From Thermoplasmata archaeon (GTDB taxonomy: Archaea; Thermoplasmatota; Thermoplasmata; Thermoplasmatales; ARK-15): a stretch of DNA of 64,000 nt. Positions 19,947-31,308 of this stretch are shown here, piece after piece (position 1 is the stretch's first letter; every line of letters starts with the position of its first letter). A model generated the notes under the pieces. That model was given only the letters and a program-made list of their open reading frames with translations. It did not search any database and was not told the origin of the DNA. The translations under genes and the position numbers were made by a program. The stretch covers positions 1 to 64,000 of the forward strand of contig JBAMMA010000020.1 of the NCBI GenBank assembly GCA_039794005.1. Reading direction: 5' to 3'.

Positions 19947-20657
19947 TTACTTTTCTTTATTAAAATATCTTAAAAATAATAAATAATTATTTTCCAATCC
20001 CAGCTCTTTTATGAATGAAATGCCCTTTTTTACATTCAACATATCCTCCAAATAAAAATGCATGTCCGATCCAACTGATATTGCGATATTTCTACCTTTT
20101 ATCGATTCAAAGAATGGTCTTGAAAGTTCATAATATTGCTGTGAAAACATAGAATAAAGTGGATTTGTATTTATTTCAACGAATATGCCTGTGGTCTCTA
20201 ATGTATCGAGAAAATTTTCAAAATCTACGTTTTTGAAATTTTTATCAATGTTATTGTGGGCCAGTCCTATCGGTATATCAATTTTATCATATATTTCAAG
20301 TAACTCCCAAAATGGTTTTCCATTCCAAACTGTATCTTGCACATATTCGAACAGTGCATAATCCAACTGATTCAAAACGTTATAATTCATATTTTCAAAG
20401 TCCGTTCTATTTGAAAAATCTATTTCCACACCGATTTTAATGGGAAAATCATATTTTTCAGATATCATCCTTATTCCTTCAATGTAATTATTTAAATATT
20501 TTGATTTTATTGATTTTGTCTTTACCGTTTCATAATGGTCTGAAATTCCTATCATATCAAAATGGTTCTTTTTTGCAAATTTTATAATTTCATCAACACT
20601 CAGGGATCCATCGGATAAATTCGTGTGTATATGAAAATCTGTAATTGGTAAATCCAT
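19947..20657 (-). CDS. PHP-domain metallophosphoesterase
   Basis: DFHIHT..SDG, ISDH, GVE, LAH, GSDMH. Confidence 0.85.
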   Translation of the reverse strand: MDLPITDFHIHTNLSDGSLSVDEIIKFAKKNHFDMIGISDHYETVKTKSIKSKYLNNYIEGIRMISEKYDFPIKIGVEIDFSNRTDFENMNYNVLNQLDYALFEYVQDTVWNGKPFWELLEIYDKIDIPIGLAHNNIDKNFKNVDFENFLDTLETTGIFVEINTNPLYSMFSQQYYELSRPFFESIKGRNIAISVGSDMHFYLEDMLNVKKGISFIKELGLENNYLLFLRYFNKEK

Positions 20658-21947
20658 TCACCCCACCTTTTCCCATTCTTCCAGTTTTGAAACCTTTGAT
20701 AGTGTTGACCCTCTTTTAATTTCCTCCCTCAATCTATTTTCCCTTTCCAAAACATCCAACGCTCTGTTTGCAATTTCTACTACATTTTCCTTTGGTATAA
20801 CAACCAGTCCGGATTCATCCCCGACAATCCAGTCACCCGTTCTAATTTTTTGCCCTCCAAATTCCAATTCCACTCCAATCTCCCCATACCCTTTAGGCTC
20901 ACCTGCATTTGGTACAATATATTTTGCAAATACTGGGAAATTTATTTCCTTTATGAAATCAATGTCCCTTACAGCACCATTTATTACCACTCCAGATATT
21001 CCTTTCACCTTTGCACTCCAAGAAGCTAATTCACCCCATACTGCCGTTTCACCACCAGCAACATCAATAACTATTACCTGTCCGGGTTCAGCCTTATCAA
21101 TGGCCTCTACCGGCTTGGCCCAATCACCGTCAATTGTCCTAACAGTGAGTGCAGGCCCTACCATTTTTCCTCCCTTAGGCAGAATTGGATTTAATCCATG
21201 TATTGCACCCTTTCTATGCATTGCATCACTAATGTTAGGTGTTGAAACCTTTATCAACGCATCCCTGACATTTTCTAAAGTATATTTTTTAAATAAATCG
21301 GTTTTAATTTTTTCCATTTTTGTTATGCTTTCCTTTATTCTTTTAGCTGCTTCTGTAACATTTTCAGCCTTTATTATTGCGCCGCCAACTATTATAATAT
21401 AGGCACCATTCTCAACCATCAATGGTGCGGTTTCGGAATTTATTCCTCCTGCAACTGCTACCGGAATGTTAACGGTCTTTGATACCTTTTTTAATATATC
21501 TATTGGATCCATTCCCTTCATTTGTTGATCCACACCTACATGAACGCACACATAGGATGCACCCAATTTTTCCACTTCCTGTGCCCTTTTAACCGGATCT
21601 ATAGTATTGATTAAATCAACCATTATTTTTGAACCATATTTGTTGGCTGCATTTACAGCCTCCTTAATTGTTTCATCATCCGATACTCCTAAAATTATTA
21701 TTACATCTGCACCGCTTTTTGCAGCTATTTCTGCCTCAACTCCACCCACATCCATTGTTTTCATATCAGCAACTATCACTTTATCCTTAAACATCTTCTT
21801 AATTGTTCTAACTGCATTCATTCCTTCACTTTTTATTAATGGTGTACCTACCTCAATCCAGTCAACTCCTCCTTCAACCGCTTCCTTAGCTATTTGGATT
21901 GCCCTTTCTAAAATTGTTAAGTCTAAGGCCAATTGTAAAAATACCAT
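20658..21947 (-). CDS. hxlA: 3-hexulose-6-phosphate synthase fused to an RraA/MenG-like domain
   Basis: LQLALD, EVGTPLIK, ADMKTMD, H.GVD.Q, AGGI; C-terminal STPNISDA, AVWGEL, GAVRD, GDWIVGDESG. Confidence 0.88.
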   Translation of the reverse strand: MVFLQLALDLTILERAIQIAKEAVEGGVDWIEVGTPLIKSEGMNAVRTIKKMFKDKVIVADMKTMDVGGVEAEIAAKSGADVIIILGVSDDETIKEAVNAANKYGSKIMVDLINTIDPVKRAQEVEKLGASYVCVHVGVDQQMKGMDPIDILKKVSKTVNIPVAVAGGINSETAPLMVENGAYIIIVGGAIIKAENVTEAAKRIKESITKMEKIKTDLFKKYTLENVRDALIKVSTPNISDAMHRKGAIHGLNPILPKGGKMVGPALTVRTIDGDWAKPVEAIDKAEPGQVIVIDVAGGETAVWGELASWSAKVKGISGVVINGAVRDIDFIKEINFPVFAKYIVPNAGEPKGYGEIGVELEFGGQKIRTGDWIVGDESGLVVIPKENVVEIANRALDVLERENRLREEIKRGSTLSKVSKLEEWEKVG

Positions 21948-22192
21948 GATAAAAGATATTTAATCAAACATAAAAATTTTTATCATGAAAATAAGGTAGA
22001 TAAAAATTCCAAATGTAATTAAATATATTAATTTAAATTAAAATCATTTAATTTATGAAATTTTTATATTATCATTTCAGAGTTTAATTTAAGTAATTAC
22101 TATCCTGCAATTTAATCAAATTAAAATTCTTATTTAATCAGTAATTTTTCATGATTAAAAAAATTTTTATCTATGATGAAATTAAAAATTAC

Positions 22193-22858
22193 ATGGATTA
22201 TCTTGGATCATCAGGATTAAAAGTAACATTGATTGCATATTCCAAATTAAATTATGAATACCATGGTAACACTACAGATGTTGATAGACTAATTGCTCAA
22301 TGTGGATCCATATCACATTCAAAAAATTTTAAAGAGCTTGATGATGCAAAAGTTGAACATCTTATAAATTTGCTTAAAAAACTTGGCCATGAATCAGTAT
22401 TTGAGCATGCATCATTTACATTTTTGATTGAAGGAATATCTAGGGTTTGTTCTCATCAACTGGTAAGACACAGGATTGCATCATATACACAACAAAGTCA
22501 AAGATATGTACCTCTAGACCCACAGTTTATAATTCCTGAAAGCATTAAAAATTCGGAATTTTACAACGATTTTGTAAATATTTTAAATCAATCTAGAGAA
22601 TTATATAAAAGGATGATACAGAACAAAATAAATAAGGAGGATGCCAGGTTTATACTTCCTCAGGCCGTTGAAACCAAAATCATTGTGACAATGAATGGAA
22701 GGGAATTGAGACATTTTATTTCATTGAGAGCTGAAAAGGATGCACAGTGGGAAATTAGGAATCTGGCCCGCGAAATGTTAAAACAGGCTTATAAGGTAGC
22801 TCCTATTCTATTTGAAGATCTTTATAAAAATTATATAGAAAATGAGGGAAAAGAATAA
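22193..22858 (+). CDS. thyX: FAD-dependent thymidylate synthase
   Basis: GHESVFEH, SRVCSHQLVRHRIASYTQQSQRY, EDAR..LP, AQWEIR; start at ATG 22193 preferred (track 22151). Confidence 0.94.
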   Translation: MDYLGSSGLKVTLIAYSKLNYEYHGNTTDVDRLIAQCGSISHSKNFKELDDAKVEHLINLLKKLGHESVFEHASFTFLIEGISRVCSHQLVRHRIASYTQQSQRYVPLDPQFIIPESIKNSEFYNDFVNILNQSRELYKRMIQNKINKEDARFILPQAVETKIIVTMNGRELRHFISLRAEKDAQWEIRNLAREMLKQAYKVAPILFEDLYKNYIENEGKE

Positions 22859-22884
22859 TAATATTATTAATAATTTACAAAATT

Positions 22885-23907
22885 ATGGTTCTTAATGAAT
22901 ATTTAAATAAATATCCAAAGTTGGTTGAAAATTATTTAAGAGAATTTTTTGAGGAAAAGAAGAAAAGGCTCGAAGATCCATATATTGTTGAGGTTTTTGA
23001 TGCAATATATGAATATACTATGAGGGGAGGAAAAAGGCTTAGACCCCTTTTAATGATCGTTGGATATAAATTATACGGTGGAGAGGATGAAGAGGAGATT
23101 ATAAAGGCATCTGCAAGCATTGAGATTGTACAATCATTCTTATTGATTCATGATGATATCATGGATAATTCTGATTTAAGGAGAGGAAAACCAACAATAC
23201 ATAAAATATTTGAAAATAAATATAACAATAAAAAGTTAGGTGAAAATCTAGCAATAATCGCTGGTGACCTTGCAAGCATGTATTCGTACGAAATTTTTGA
23301 AAATCTTAATTTTCCCGAGGAAAGGAAAATAAAGGCAATGTTAAAAATGACGAAAATAATTGAAGATACCGGATATGGACAGATCCTTGATGTTTTATCA
23401 TTTTTCAGGGAAGATTTCAATGAAAAAGATTTATTAAAAATACATGAATACAAAACCGCAAAATATACCATAGAAGGGCCAATGATAATGGGAGCCATTC
23501 TTGCAGGATCAGATAATTTTGATGTGATCACAAATTATGCAATACCTGTTGGAATAGCATTCCAATTACAGGATGATATACTGGGGCTATTCGGTGACGA
23601 AAAAGAGATAGGTAAACCGGTCACATCCGATTTAGAAGAAGGTAAGAAAACACTTTTAATCATAAAGGCAATGGAAAATGAAAAGTTCAAGGATACTATA
23701 ATGAAATATCTGGGTAAAAAGGGAATAACAATAGATGAATTGAATGAAGTCAGGAATGCTGTAAAAGAAAGCGGATCCTTGGAATACTCCTATATGAAAT
23801 TGGAAGAGCTGGTAAAAATTGCACAGGAATCCATAAAGCCCATAGATAATGAGGTGAAGAGGTTTTTGTACGAATTCGCTGAATACGTAGTTAAAAGAAA
23901 ATATTGA
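22885..23907 (+). CDS. Short-chain polyprenyl (geranylgeranyl) diphosphate synthase
   Basis: GGKRLRP, HDDIMD..DLRRG, GQ.LD, KTA.Y, FQLQDD. Confidence 0.92.
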   Translation: MVLNEYLNKYPKLVENYLREFFEEKKKRLEDPYIVEVFDAIYEYTMRGGKRLRPLLMIVGYKLYGGEDEEEIIKASASIEIVQSFLLIHDDIMDNSDLRRGKPTIHKIFENKYNNKKLGENLAIIAGDLASMYSYEIFENLNFPEERKIKAMLKMTKIIEDTGYGQILDVLSFFREDFNEKDLLKIHEYKTAKYTIEGPMIMGAILAGSDNFDVITNYAIPVGIAFQLQDDILGLFGDEKEIGKPVTSDLEEGKKTLLIIKAMENEKFKDTIMKYLGKKGITIDELNEVRNAVKESGSLEYSYMKLEELVKIAQESIKPIDNEVKRFLYEFAEYVVKRKY

Positions 23908-23908
23908 A

Positions 23909-25747
23909 TCATGTGAATTTCACTCTCTTTGATAAGTATTGGCTCTCATTTAAATCCCTGTATGGGTAATCTGAAATTTTTTCTTTGATTGTTTTTATAA
24001 ATTCTTCCAAGGAAATCTCATAATTACCATTTTTATTTCTTTCCCTGATTGTCAAAATATTGGATGATATTTCCTTATCGCCGATAACAGCTATATATGG
24101 AATCCAATCCATTTCAGCTTCCCTTATCTTCTTTGATAATGAAATTTCTCTGTCATCAAAGTCTGCCCTTATTTTATTTTTCCTGAGTTCATTCAGAATG
24201 ACTTCAGAATATTCGTAGTGTTTTTTATCAACAGGGATGATTCTGACAATAGTAGGGCTTAACCAAACAGGAAACATTGGCTTCACATTGTTCCTTTTAT
24301 CTTTTTCAGCTTTTTCTAACATTGCATAAATAACCCTTTCAACTGCACCACTCGGTGAACAGTGCAAAATCAGTGGATAAATCCTTTCATTCCTTTCGTT
24401 GATATAGGTAATGTTAAATCTTCTTGAATTGTCAACATCAATTTGAACTGTGCTTAATGCAGCCGCTTTATTTGTATTGTCTACAAAGTTAAATTCGAAT
24501 TTTAGAATAAAATAGAAAAACTTTTCCTCCCATATTTGTATTAAAACAGGTTTATTTATCCTTCTCTGAAGTTCATATATAAAATCTTTGTTGTTTTCAT
24601 AAAATTCCCTTGTAAATCTGATTGCAACTTCATAGTCTTTTGTATCAAGTCCAAAGGCTTTTAAAACATCAATTGAAAGCATGTATTGCTTCATAAATTC
24701 CTCTTTTGCATTATCTAAATCTGCTACAAAGGTATGCATATCAGGCATAGTGAATGCCCTTAATCTCCTTAATCCCACCAATTCACCATGCTTCTCTCTT
24801 CTAAATGAATATCTCGTTAATTCATACAATCTTAAAGGTAATTGTTTATACGATATTGTTGCATCTTTTGCTATTAAAAACTGACCAAAACATGCCGAAA
24901 ATCTTAAAAAGAATTTGTCCTCTCCGGATAATACAGTATATTGTCTGGCTGGAAATCTCTCCAAATAGCTTTTTAGTGCAGGATGGTTGTAATCGTACAT
25001 GATAGGGGTTTCTACCTCCTGAGCTCCGTAATTTAAAACTCTTTCGGTTACATAATTTTCAATCAAAGATTTAATTAATTTCCCCTTTGGGAAATACCTC
25101 AAATTCCCTGCATCACTACCTTCTTCATATCCAGCTATTTCAAGTGTTTTCATGTATTTCACATGTGGTGGCATTTCATGCACAGCCCTTGTCCCACTTA
25201 TTTCATATTCAACAAATGTTTTTAAATTTTCATAACCCGTATAATCGAATTTATCCACATCTATTAATATACCGTCATTTAAAATATACCATGATGTTTT
25301 TAATTTATTTTCATTCTTCAATGCCTCAGGTTCTTCATATTCTGAAATGGTTTTTGAGAGTTCGGATAGTGGATGGCCTTTACACGATATCTTAAAACTC
25401 TTATACCATCCGAATGGTGATGTATGCATTTCATAACCCATGTCTTTAATATTTTCCCTTAATTTGTTTAATATATTTATAGCAGTTTCTGGACTTGCTA
25501 AATCGGAACTCAGATGTGCATATGGATATATGAAAATTCTCTTCACATTTATTTGTTTTGCAACTCCATCAATCTCAATAGCCGCATTATCGGCAGTATT
25601 AATCTTGTCATTTCTTTCCACAGAAACAAACACTACCAATACCTCTTCAACCCTATCATGATCCTTTTCATATTCTTCTGCAATTTTTGTGGCCTTTTCC
25701 CTTACATTATATTCTATATAATCTGAATGAATAAAAAGTAATTTCAT
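23909..25747 (-). CDS. thrS: Threonine--tRNA ligase (archaeal type, DTD-like editing domain)
   Basis: MKLLFIHSDY, YPYAHLSS, PFGWYK.F...CKGHPLSELS, LRRLRAFTMPDMH, LHCSPSG; start re-called at 25747. Confidence 0.96.
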   Translation of the reverse strand: MKLLFIHSDYIEYNVREKATKIAEEYEKDHDRVEEVLVVFVSVERNDKINTADNAAIEIDGVAKQINVKRIFIYPYAHLSSDLASPETAINILNKLRENIKDMGYEMHTSPFGWYKSFKISCKGHPLSELSKTISEYEEPEALKNENKLKTSWYILNDGILIDVDKFDYTGYENLKTFVEYEISGTRAVHEMPPHVKYMKTLEIAGYEEGSDAGNLRYFPKGKLIKSLIENYVTERVLNYGAQEVETPIMYDYNHPALKSYLERFPARQYTVLSGEDKFFLRFSACFGQFLIAKDATISYKQLPLRLYELTRYSFRREKHGELVGLRRLRAFTMPDMHTFVADLDNAKEEFMKQYMLSIDVLKAFGLDTKDYEVAIRFTREFYENNKDFIYELQRRINKPVLIQIWEEKFFYFILKFEFNFVDNTNKAAALSTVQIDVDNSRRFNITYINERNERIYPLILHCSPSGAVERVIYAMLEKAEKDKRNNVKPMFPVWLSPTIVRIIPVDKKHYEYSEVILNELRKNKIRADFDDREISLSKKIREAEMDWIPYIAVIGDKEISSNILTIRERNKNGNYEISLEEFIKTIKEKISDYPYRDLNESQYLSKRVKFT

Positions 25748-25845
25748 AAAGAAAATTATTATAATTAATGATAAAAACTTATTGATTTTTCTCAAACTAA
25801 AATGAAAATATTTTTAAATTCCAATATAATATATTTCTGATTTTC

Positions 25846-28800
25846 ATGTCAAAGATCACATTCAATCCTAAAAAAAATTTAGCAGAAATAGAGAAGGAAG
25901 TTTTAGAATATTGGAAAGAAAATAACATTTACAAAAAAAGAAGAGAATTGAATAAAAACGGGAAGGTTTTCACATTTTTAGAAGGCCCCCCAACAGCAAA
26001 TGGACAACCCCACCTTGGTCATGCTTTAACAAGGGCAGTTAAGGACGTTGTTTTAAGATATCATATGATGAAAGGTGAAAATATATATCCGGGTATTGCT
26101 GGATGGGATTGTCATGGCCTTCCAGTTGAATTGGAAGTTGAAAAACAGCTGAAAATCAATTCGAAAAAAGAGATCGAGAAGTTTGGAATCAGAGAATTTA
26201 ACATGCTTTGCAAGGAATCCGTTTTCAAATATAAAAAGGAATGGGAGGAAATGTCTGAAAGAATCGGATTTTGGATAGATTTTCAAAATGCATATAAAAC
26301 CATGGACGATTCTTATATTGAAAGTGTATGGTGGGCGTTATCAAAACTTTGGAAAATGAACATGCTTGAAAAAAGTTTTAAAATTGTTCCATACTGTCCC
26401 AGATGTGGGACTCCATTATCCAGTCATGAGGTGGCCCAGGGATATAAAAATACAGAGGATCCATCAATTTATGTAAAATTCAAAGTAAAGGATGAAGATG
26501 CATATTTTCTTGTTTGGACCACTACACCCTGGACATTACCTAGCAACATGTTTTTGGCTGTAAACAGAAATGTAATTTACAATTTAATTGAATATCAGGG
26601 GGAAAAGTATTATATAGCCAAAGATAGGATAAAAGGTTTAATAGAAAATCCAAAAGTATTGAAGGAATTAAAAGGTGAAGAATTATTAAATAAAAGGTAT
26701 GAAAGGCCTATAGATACCATTAAAATTGATCAAGATGTATTTTTTGTTGTACATGGAGATTTTGTTACTACAGAAGATGGTACAGGAATTGTTCATATTG
26801 CTCCCGCCTTCGGAGCCGATGACTTTGAAATTGGAAAAAAATACAACGTAAAAATTGTAAATCCGATAGATAGAGAGGGGAAGTTCATTGAAGGTCTTTG
26901 GGCTGGAAAATTTGTAAAGGATGCAGATAAAGAGATCATAAAATATCTTAAAGAGAAAAAACTGTTATTCAAGAATGAAAGAATAAAACACACATACCCA
27001 TTCTGCTGGAGATGTGGTACACCATTACTTTATTATCCACTTGATACATGGTACATTAAGGTATCAAAAATAAGAGAAAAATTAAAAGAAAATAATGAAA
27101 AAATAAATTGGATACCTGAAAATATAAAATATGGTAGATTTGGAAATTTTTTGGATGAAGCAAAAGACTGGGCATTGAGCAGGGATAGATATTGGGGAAC
27201 GCCATTAAATATATGGAAATGTAAAAATGATCATTATTTTGTTCCTTCTTCATTTGATGAATTATTTAAGAATTCAGATTATGTACCTGATAATTTTGAA
27301 CCACATAGACCATGGGTTGATGAAATAGAGGTAAAATGTCCAATATGCAATGAAAAGATGATTAGAGAACCGTATCTCATAGATGTATGGTTTGATTCTG
27401 GAAGCGCAACATTTGCTCAATTCCACTATCCATATCAGAATGAAAATTTAATTGAATATTATATTCCGGTTGATTTCATCAGCGAAGCAATGGATCAGAC
27501 AAGAGGATGGTTTTATACATTACACACGGTCAATAGTTTATTATTTAACAAAAATGCATTTAAAAATGTAATCACTTTGGGTTTCGTTTTGAATGAAAAA
27601 GGAGAAAAAATGAGTAAGAGTAAGGGGGATGCGGTAGACCCCATCCCTTACATGGATGAGGTCGGTGCAGATTCACTGAGGCTATACTTTTACAGCGTGC
27701 CTCCATGGAAAGATAGAAGAGTCTCAATAAATCTTATTAAGGAATACAAATCAAAGACCATTGATACCCTTTTCAATTCATACATATTTTATAGGAACAA
27801 TGCAATGATAGACAAATTTAAATTTGATGAATTAAAAATTAAAAACGAAATAGATTTCTGGATAATTTCCAGATTGAATTCAACAATAAAATCAATTAAG
27901 GAAAACATGGAAAATTATCAGATTCATAAATCTACAGAATATATTGAAAAATTCATATGGGATTTGAGCAACTGGTATATAAGAAGATCTAGAAGGAGAT
28001 TTTGGTCTGAAAAAATGGATGAAGATAAATTAAGTGCATATAGAACAATGTATTATGTATTTGAACGATTTACAAGATCCATAGCACCATTTGTTCCATT
28101 CATTTCAGATTATATATACATGGATTTGACTGGTTCTGAAAGTGTACATTTAACTGAATTTCCAGAATATGATGAAAAATTAATAAAAAAAGATTTAGAG
28201 AATGAGATGGAAATAGTTATTAATATTGTTGAAGCCGGAAGAAGGGCAAGGCAGGAGATGAATATAAAAACAAGGCAACCTTTAGAAAAATTGATCCTGA
28301 TAATTTATAACAACGATATAATAAATATAATCAAAAAATATGAAGATATTATTATGGACGAATTAAATGTTAAAAAAGTTGAAATTGGAATGGATGCAAA
28401 TAATTATATAAAGACGGAAATTAAATTAAATCATACCGTTGCTGGCCCTATATTGAAATCTGATATGAAGAGGATTAATGAAATTTTAAACAATTATAGG
28501 GATATTATTATTGAAAATATTTTGAACAATAGATCAACCAAAATTGAAAATTATGATTTACCGCCAGAGGCATTTATTGTTTCAAAAATTCCATTGGATG
28601 ATTATCATTTAATAGAGGAGAAGAATTTTGATCTTTTAATGAGTAAAAAGATAAATAGGGATTTATTGTTAGAAGGTTTAGCCAGAGATTTGATAAGGAG
28701 AATACAATTGATGAGAAAGGAACTTGATCTTGATTATGATGAAAAAATCGTGTTGAATATAAAAACCGATGATAAGGATATCATAGAATCCATAGAAAAA

Positions 28801-28935
28801 ATGAAAGGTTATATTGAAAATGAAACACTTTCTAAAATACTTGAAATCAATGAGGGATATATAAAAGATTGGGAAATAGATGGAAAAAATGTAAGAATAA
28901 TAATCAAAAGAGTGATTAAAAATGGACAAGATTGA
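25846..28935 (+). CDS. ileS: Isoleucine--tRNA ligase (IleRS2, archaeal/eukaryote-like)
   Basis: EGPPTANG.PHLGH, GWDCHGLP, WTTTPWTLP, DQTRGWF, KMSKS. Confidence 0.97.
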   Translation: MSKITFNPKKNLAEIEKEVLEYWKENNIYKKRRELNKNGKVFTFLEGPPTANGQPHLGHALTRAVKDVVLRYHMMKGENIYPGIAGWDCHGLPVELEVEKQLKINSKKEIEKFGIREFNMLCKESVFKYKKEWEEMSERIGFWIDFQNAYKTMDDSYIESVWWALSKLWKMNMLEKSFKIVPYCPRCGTPLSSHEVAQGYKNTEDPSIYVKFKVKDEDAYFLVWTTTPWTLPSNMFLAVNRNVIYNLIEYQGEKYYIAKDRIKGLIENPKVLKELKGEELLNKRYERPIDTIKIDQDVFFVVHGDFVTTEDGTGIVHIAPAFGADDFEIGKKYNVKIVNPIDREGKFIEGLWAGKFVKDADKEIIKYLKEKKLLFKNERIKHTYPFCWRCGTPLLYYPLDTWYIKVSKIREKLKENNEKINWIPENIKYGRFGNFLDEAKDWALSRDRYWGTPLNIWKCKNDHYFVPSSFDELFKNSDYVPDNFEPHRPWVDEIEVKCPICNEKMIREPYLIDVWFDSGSATFAQFHYPYQNENLIEYYIPVDFISEAMDQTRGWFYTLHTVNSLLFNKNAFKNVITLGFVLNEKGEKMSKSKGDAVDPIPYMDEVGADSLRLYFYSVPPWKDRRVSINLIKEYKSKTIDTLFNSYIFYRNNAMIDKFKFDELKIKNEIDFWIISRLNSTIKSIKENMENYQIHKSTEYIEKFIWDLSNWYIRRSRRRFWSEKMDEDKLSAYRTMYYVFERFTRSIAPFVPFISDYIYMDLTGSESVHLTEFPEYDEKLIKKDLENEMEIVINIVEAGRRARQEMNIKTRQPLEKLILIIYNNDIINIIKKYEDIIMDELNVKKVEIGMDANNYIKTEIKLNHTVAGPILKSDMKRINEILNNYRDIIIENILNNRSTKIENYDLPPEAFIVSKIPLDDYHLIEEKNFDLLMSKKINRDLLLEGLARDLIRRIQLMRKELDLDYDEKIVLNIKTDDKDIIESIEKMKGYIENETLSKILEINEGYIKDWEIDGKNVRIIIKRVIKNGQD

Positions 28936-29674
28936 TATTTCCACAATAATTATAATTTATAGTATATCTTTGATTTTCTTGCTTCTCAGTTATTTTTTGT
29001 TCACAGATATATTTATGATATTTCCATTTATCGCTGTATATGTAATATATAAAAGAAAATATCAGAATTTTAAGAAATGGGTTCTGCTAGGATCAATCGC
29101 TATAATTTTAATGTCTTTAACCGTCTGGGCCTTTCTTCCAATGACCTACAATGAAATACATCAGGATTTATCATCAATAAATTATGTCGGAAATAAAACT
29201 CTGGTAGAAAATTTTTCTTATTCAATAAATAATAATATATATAATATTTATATAAAATCATTAAAAAGTATTGATTATAATATTTCTATAGTTGAGTATT
29301 TAAAAAATGGATCTGAAAAATATATTGTTAATATTTCAGGAAATTCTCATATAAATGGCTCCTATTATTACATAAATATAAATTATAATATTTCAAATCT
29401 CCAGAAAGATATTTATTTGACAAATATAACATTAACAAATGGAACTAACAGATTGAATATATATTTATTTCAACCGAATCTGTACAGCAAAATAGAATAT
29501 CAAAATCTTTTAATGGAATATGCATTTAATATAACATTTTCAATTTTTCTTTACATTTTAATATTTAGTGAATTCATATTTGTATTAATAGGATTTGGAA
29601 TTTACATGCTTTTAAAGGGAAGAAGAGTAATAAAAGATATGACACAGAATCAAGAGAAATCAAATCCTCCTTAA
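28922..29674 (+). CDS. Hypothetical membrane protein with Asn-rich extracellular domain
   Basis: N- and C-terminal TM helices; many N-x-S/T sequons (NKT, NFS, NIS, NGS, NIT, NGT). Confidence 0.7.
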   Translation: MDKIDISTIIIIYSISLIFLLLSYFLFTDIFMIFPFIAVYVIYKRKYQNFKKWVLLGSIAIILMSLTVWAFLPMTYNEIHQDLSSINYVGNKTLVENFSYSINNNIYNIYIKSLKSIDYNISIVEYLKNGSEKYIVNISGNSHINGSYYYININYNISNLQKDIYLTNITLTNGTNRLNIYLFQPNLYSKIEYQNLLMEYAFNITFSIFLYILIFSEFIFVLIGFGIYMLLKGRRVIKDMTQNQEKSNPP

Positions 29675-31192
29675 TTCATCTTTAATATATTTCAGCATAT
29701 CTCTTATGTTAAAGGAATCTATAATGTATTTTATATCATTTTTATTAATTCCTTTTAATAGGTAAGATATTATAATGAAAATTAAATATGTTAATATGAA
29801 ATATGATATAAGATAATACCAATTTTTTGAAGGTAATTTGAAAAAGATTATTGAATACATTATAAAACCCGTTAAAATGCCTGAAATGATTTGCTTTATT
29901 ACCACATTATTAACGTAACTTTTTATATATCTTGATACATAAGTTCTGAATAAAAGGGAGTTTGCTGTAGTCGAAATAAATATAGATAATGCCAGACCCG
30001 TAGCTCCAAGGCCAAGCATTTTTATTCCAAATATGCTTTTGGGTATTGTTATAATATCCAGAAAGATTAAGAATAGGCTTGAAAATATCTGAATATACAT
30101 TGAATTCTTCGGTTTATCAATTGCATTGAAATGTGTAGAATATGGTATATTTATTGCGTTAACATATGCATTAATTCCCAAAATTACCAATACCATACTA
30201 AATGGAATTAAAGATGATGTCCATAAATTCAATATTTGATCTGAAAATATGATGAAAAATATTACAAATGGCAGGATCGTTATGGACAAAAATTTTTCAA
30301 ATTCTTGCATCAACCATGAATACTTATTTATATCGTTATTTTTATAAGATGATGATAAATTTGGCAGAATAAATGAAGATAGTGAAATCGTTATAGAATT
30401 AATGAACATGATTATATTGGTAATCGATATATATGCTCCCAGAAAAATCGGACCCCAGTAATATTGCAAAATCAAATTTGATGAATATGTGGCAATAATG
30501 TAAAAAATTGATGTAATCGAGACAGGTATTGCAAATCTAATATATGTTTTAAAATCTTCCTTTTCCGGTCTTACAAACTTCCAATCTCTTGCATAAATGG
30601 AATACAATAATACATATAATATATAACTCAATACTAATATAAATGCCAATGTCATTGAAAATTCTTCTTTATTCACAAGGGTTCTGGCAATAAAATAGCT
30701 AGTTAATATATATAAAACATTCCTAAATGTTGCCTCAATAATCCTTGGAATTGAAATTATGGCAGCCTTGGATAAGGCATTGAATGTTGCCTGATAAAAT
30801 AAAACTAAAGATTGCATTATATAATAAAATAGGATTAAAATTATTGTATAATATTCATATGGTGATGATAAATTCCTGCCAGTTATCATTTTTACAAAAA
30901 TAAGAGATGATAATGATACTGTTGTGAATATAATAATCAATATTAATTTGACAATAAAATAGACCGAAATACCTTTCCATGGATCGAATCCCTCTGATAT
31001 TTTCTTTATATGTGCAGTTGAAAATCCAAAATCCAGGATAAATGAAAACAATCCCAGATAGGATAATGAGAATTGTAAAATTCCATATGTCTCAAGGCCA
31101 GAATATCTCAATATAAAAAATAGTCCTATATATCCAATTATTCCGGTCAATATATTCTGAGCAACCATCAACAGAGATTTCCGACCTAACAT
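29660..31192 (-). CDS. Oligosaccharide flippase (Wzx/MOP superfamily)
   Basis: About 14 TM helices, YG.......Y...F....DFGF, GLGATG.A; 510 aa. Confidence 0.82.
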   Translation of the reverse strand: MLGRKSLLMVAQNILTGIIGYIGLFFILRYSGLETYGILQFSLSYLGLFSFILDFGFSTAHIKKISEGFDPWKGISVYFIVKLILIIIFTTVSLSSLIFVKMITGRNLSSPYEYYTIILILFYYIMQSLVLFYQATFNALSKAAIISIPRIIEATFRNVLYILTSYFIARTLVNKEEFSMTLAFILVLSYILYVLLYSIYARDWKFVRPEKEDFKTYIRFAIPVSITSIFYIIATYSSNLILQYYWGPIFLGAYISITNIIMFINSITISLSSFILPNLSSSYKNNDINKYSWLMQEFEKFLSITILPFVIFFIIFSDQILNLWTSSLIPFSMVLVILGINAYVNAINIPYSTHFNAIDKPKNSMYIQIFSSLFLIFLDIITIPKSIFGIKMLGLGATGLALSIFISTTANSLLFRTYVSRYIKSYVNNVVIKQIISGILTGFIMYSIIFFKLPSKNWYYLISYFILTYLIFIIISYLLKGINKNDIKYIIDSFNIRDMLKYIKDELRRI

Positions 31193-31308
31193 TATTTTTG
31201 CACCTTTTTAAATAATTGTTTTGAGATATTAATAATCTATTATATCTCTTCATTTTATTTAAATCAAATTAGAAAATATAATATATTGACATATTTATAA
31301 TCCTATAA

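Noticed and set aside
21948-22192. Long AT-rich divergent intergenic region as a replication origin or ncRNA
   Set aside because: No ORB-like G-string repeats, no cdc6/orc1 nearby, no GC-rich stems or C/D boxes
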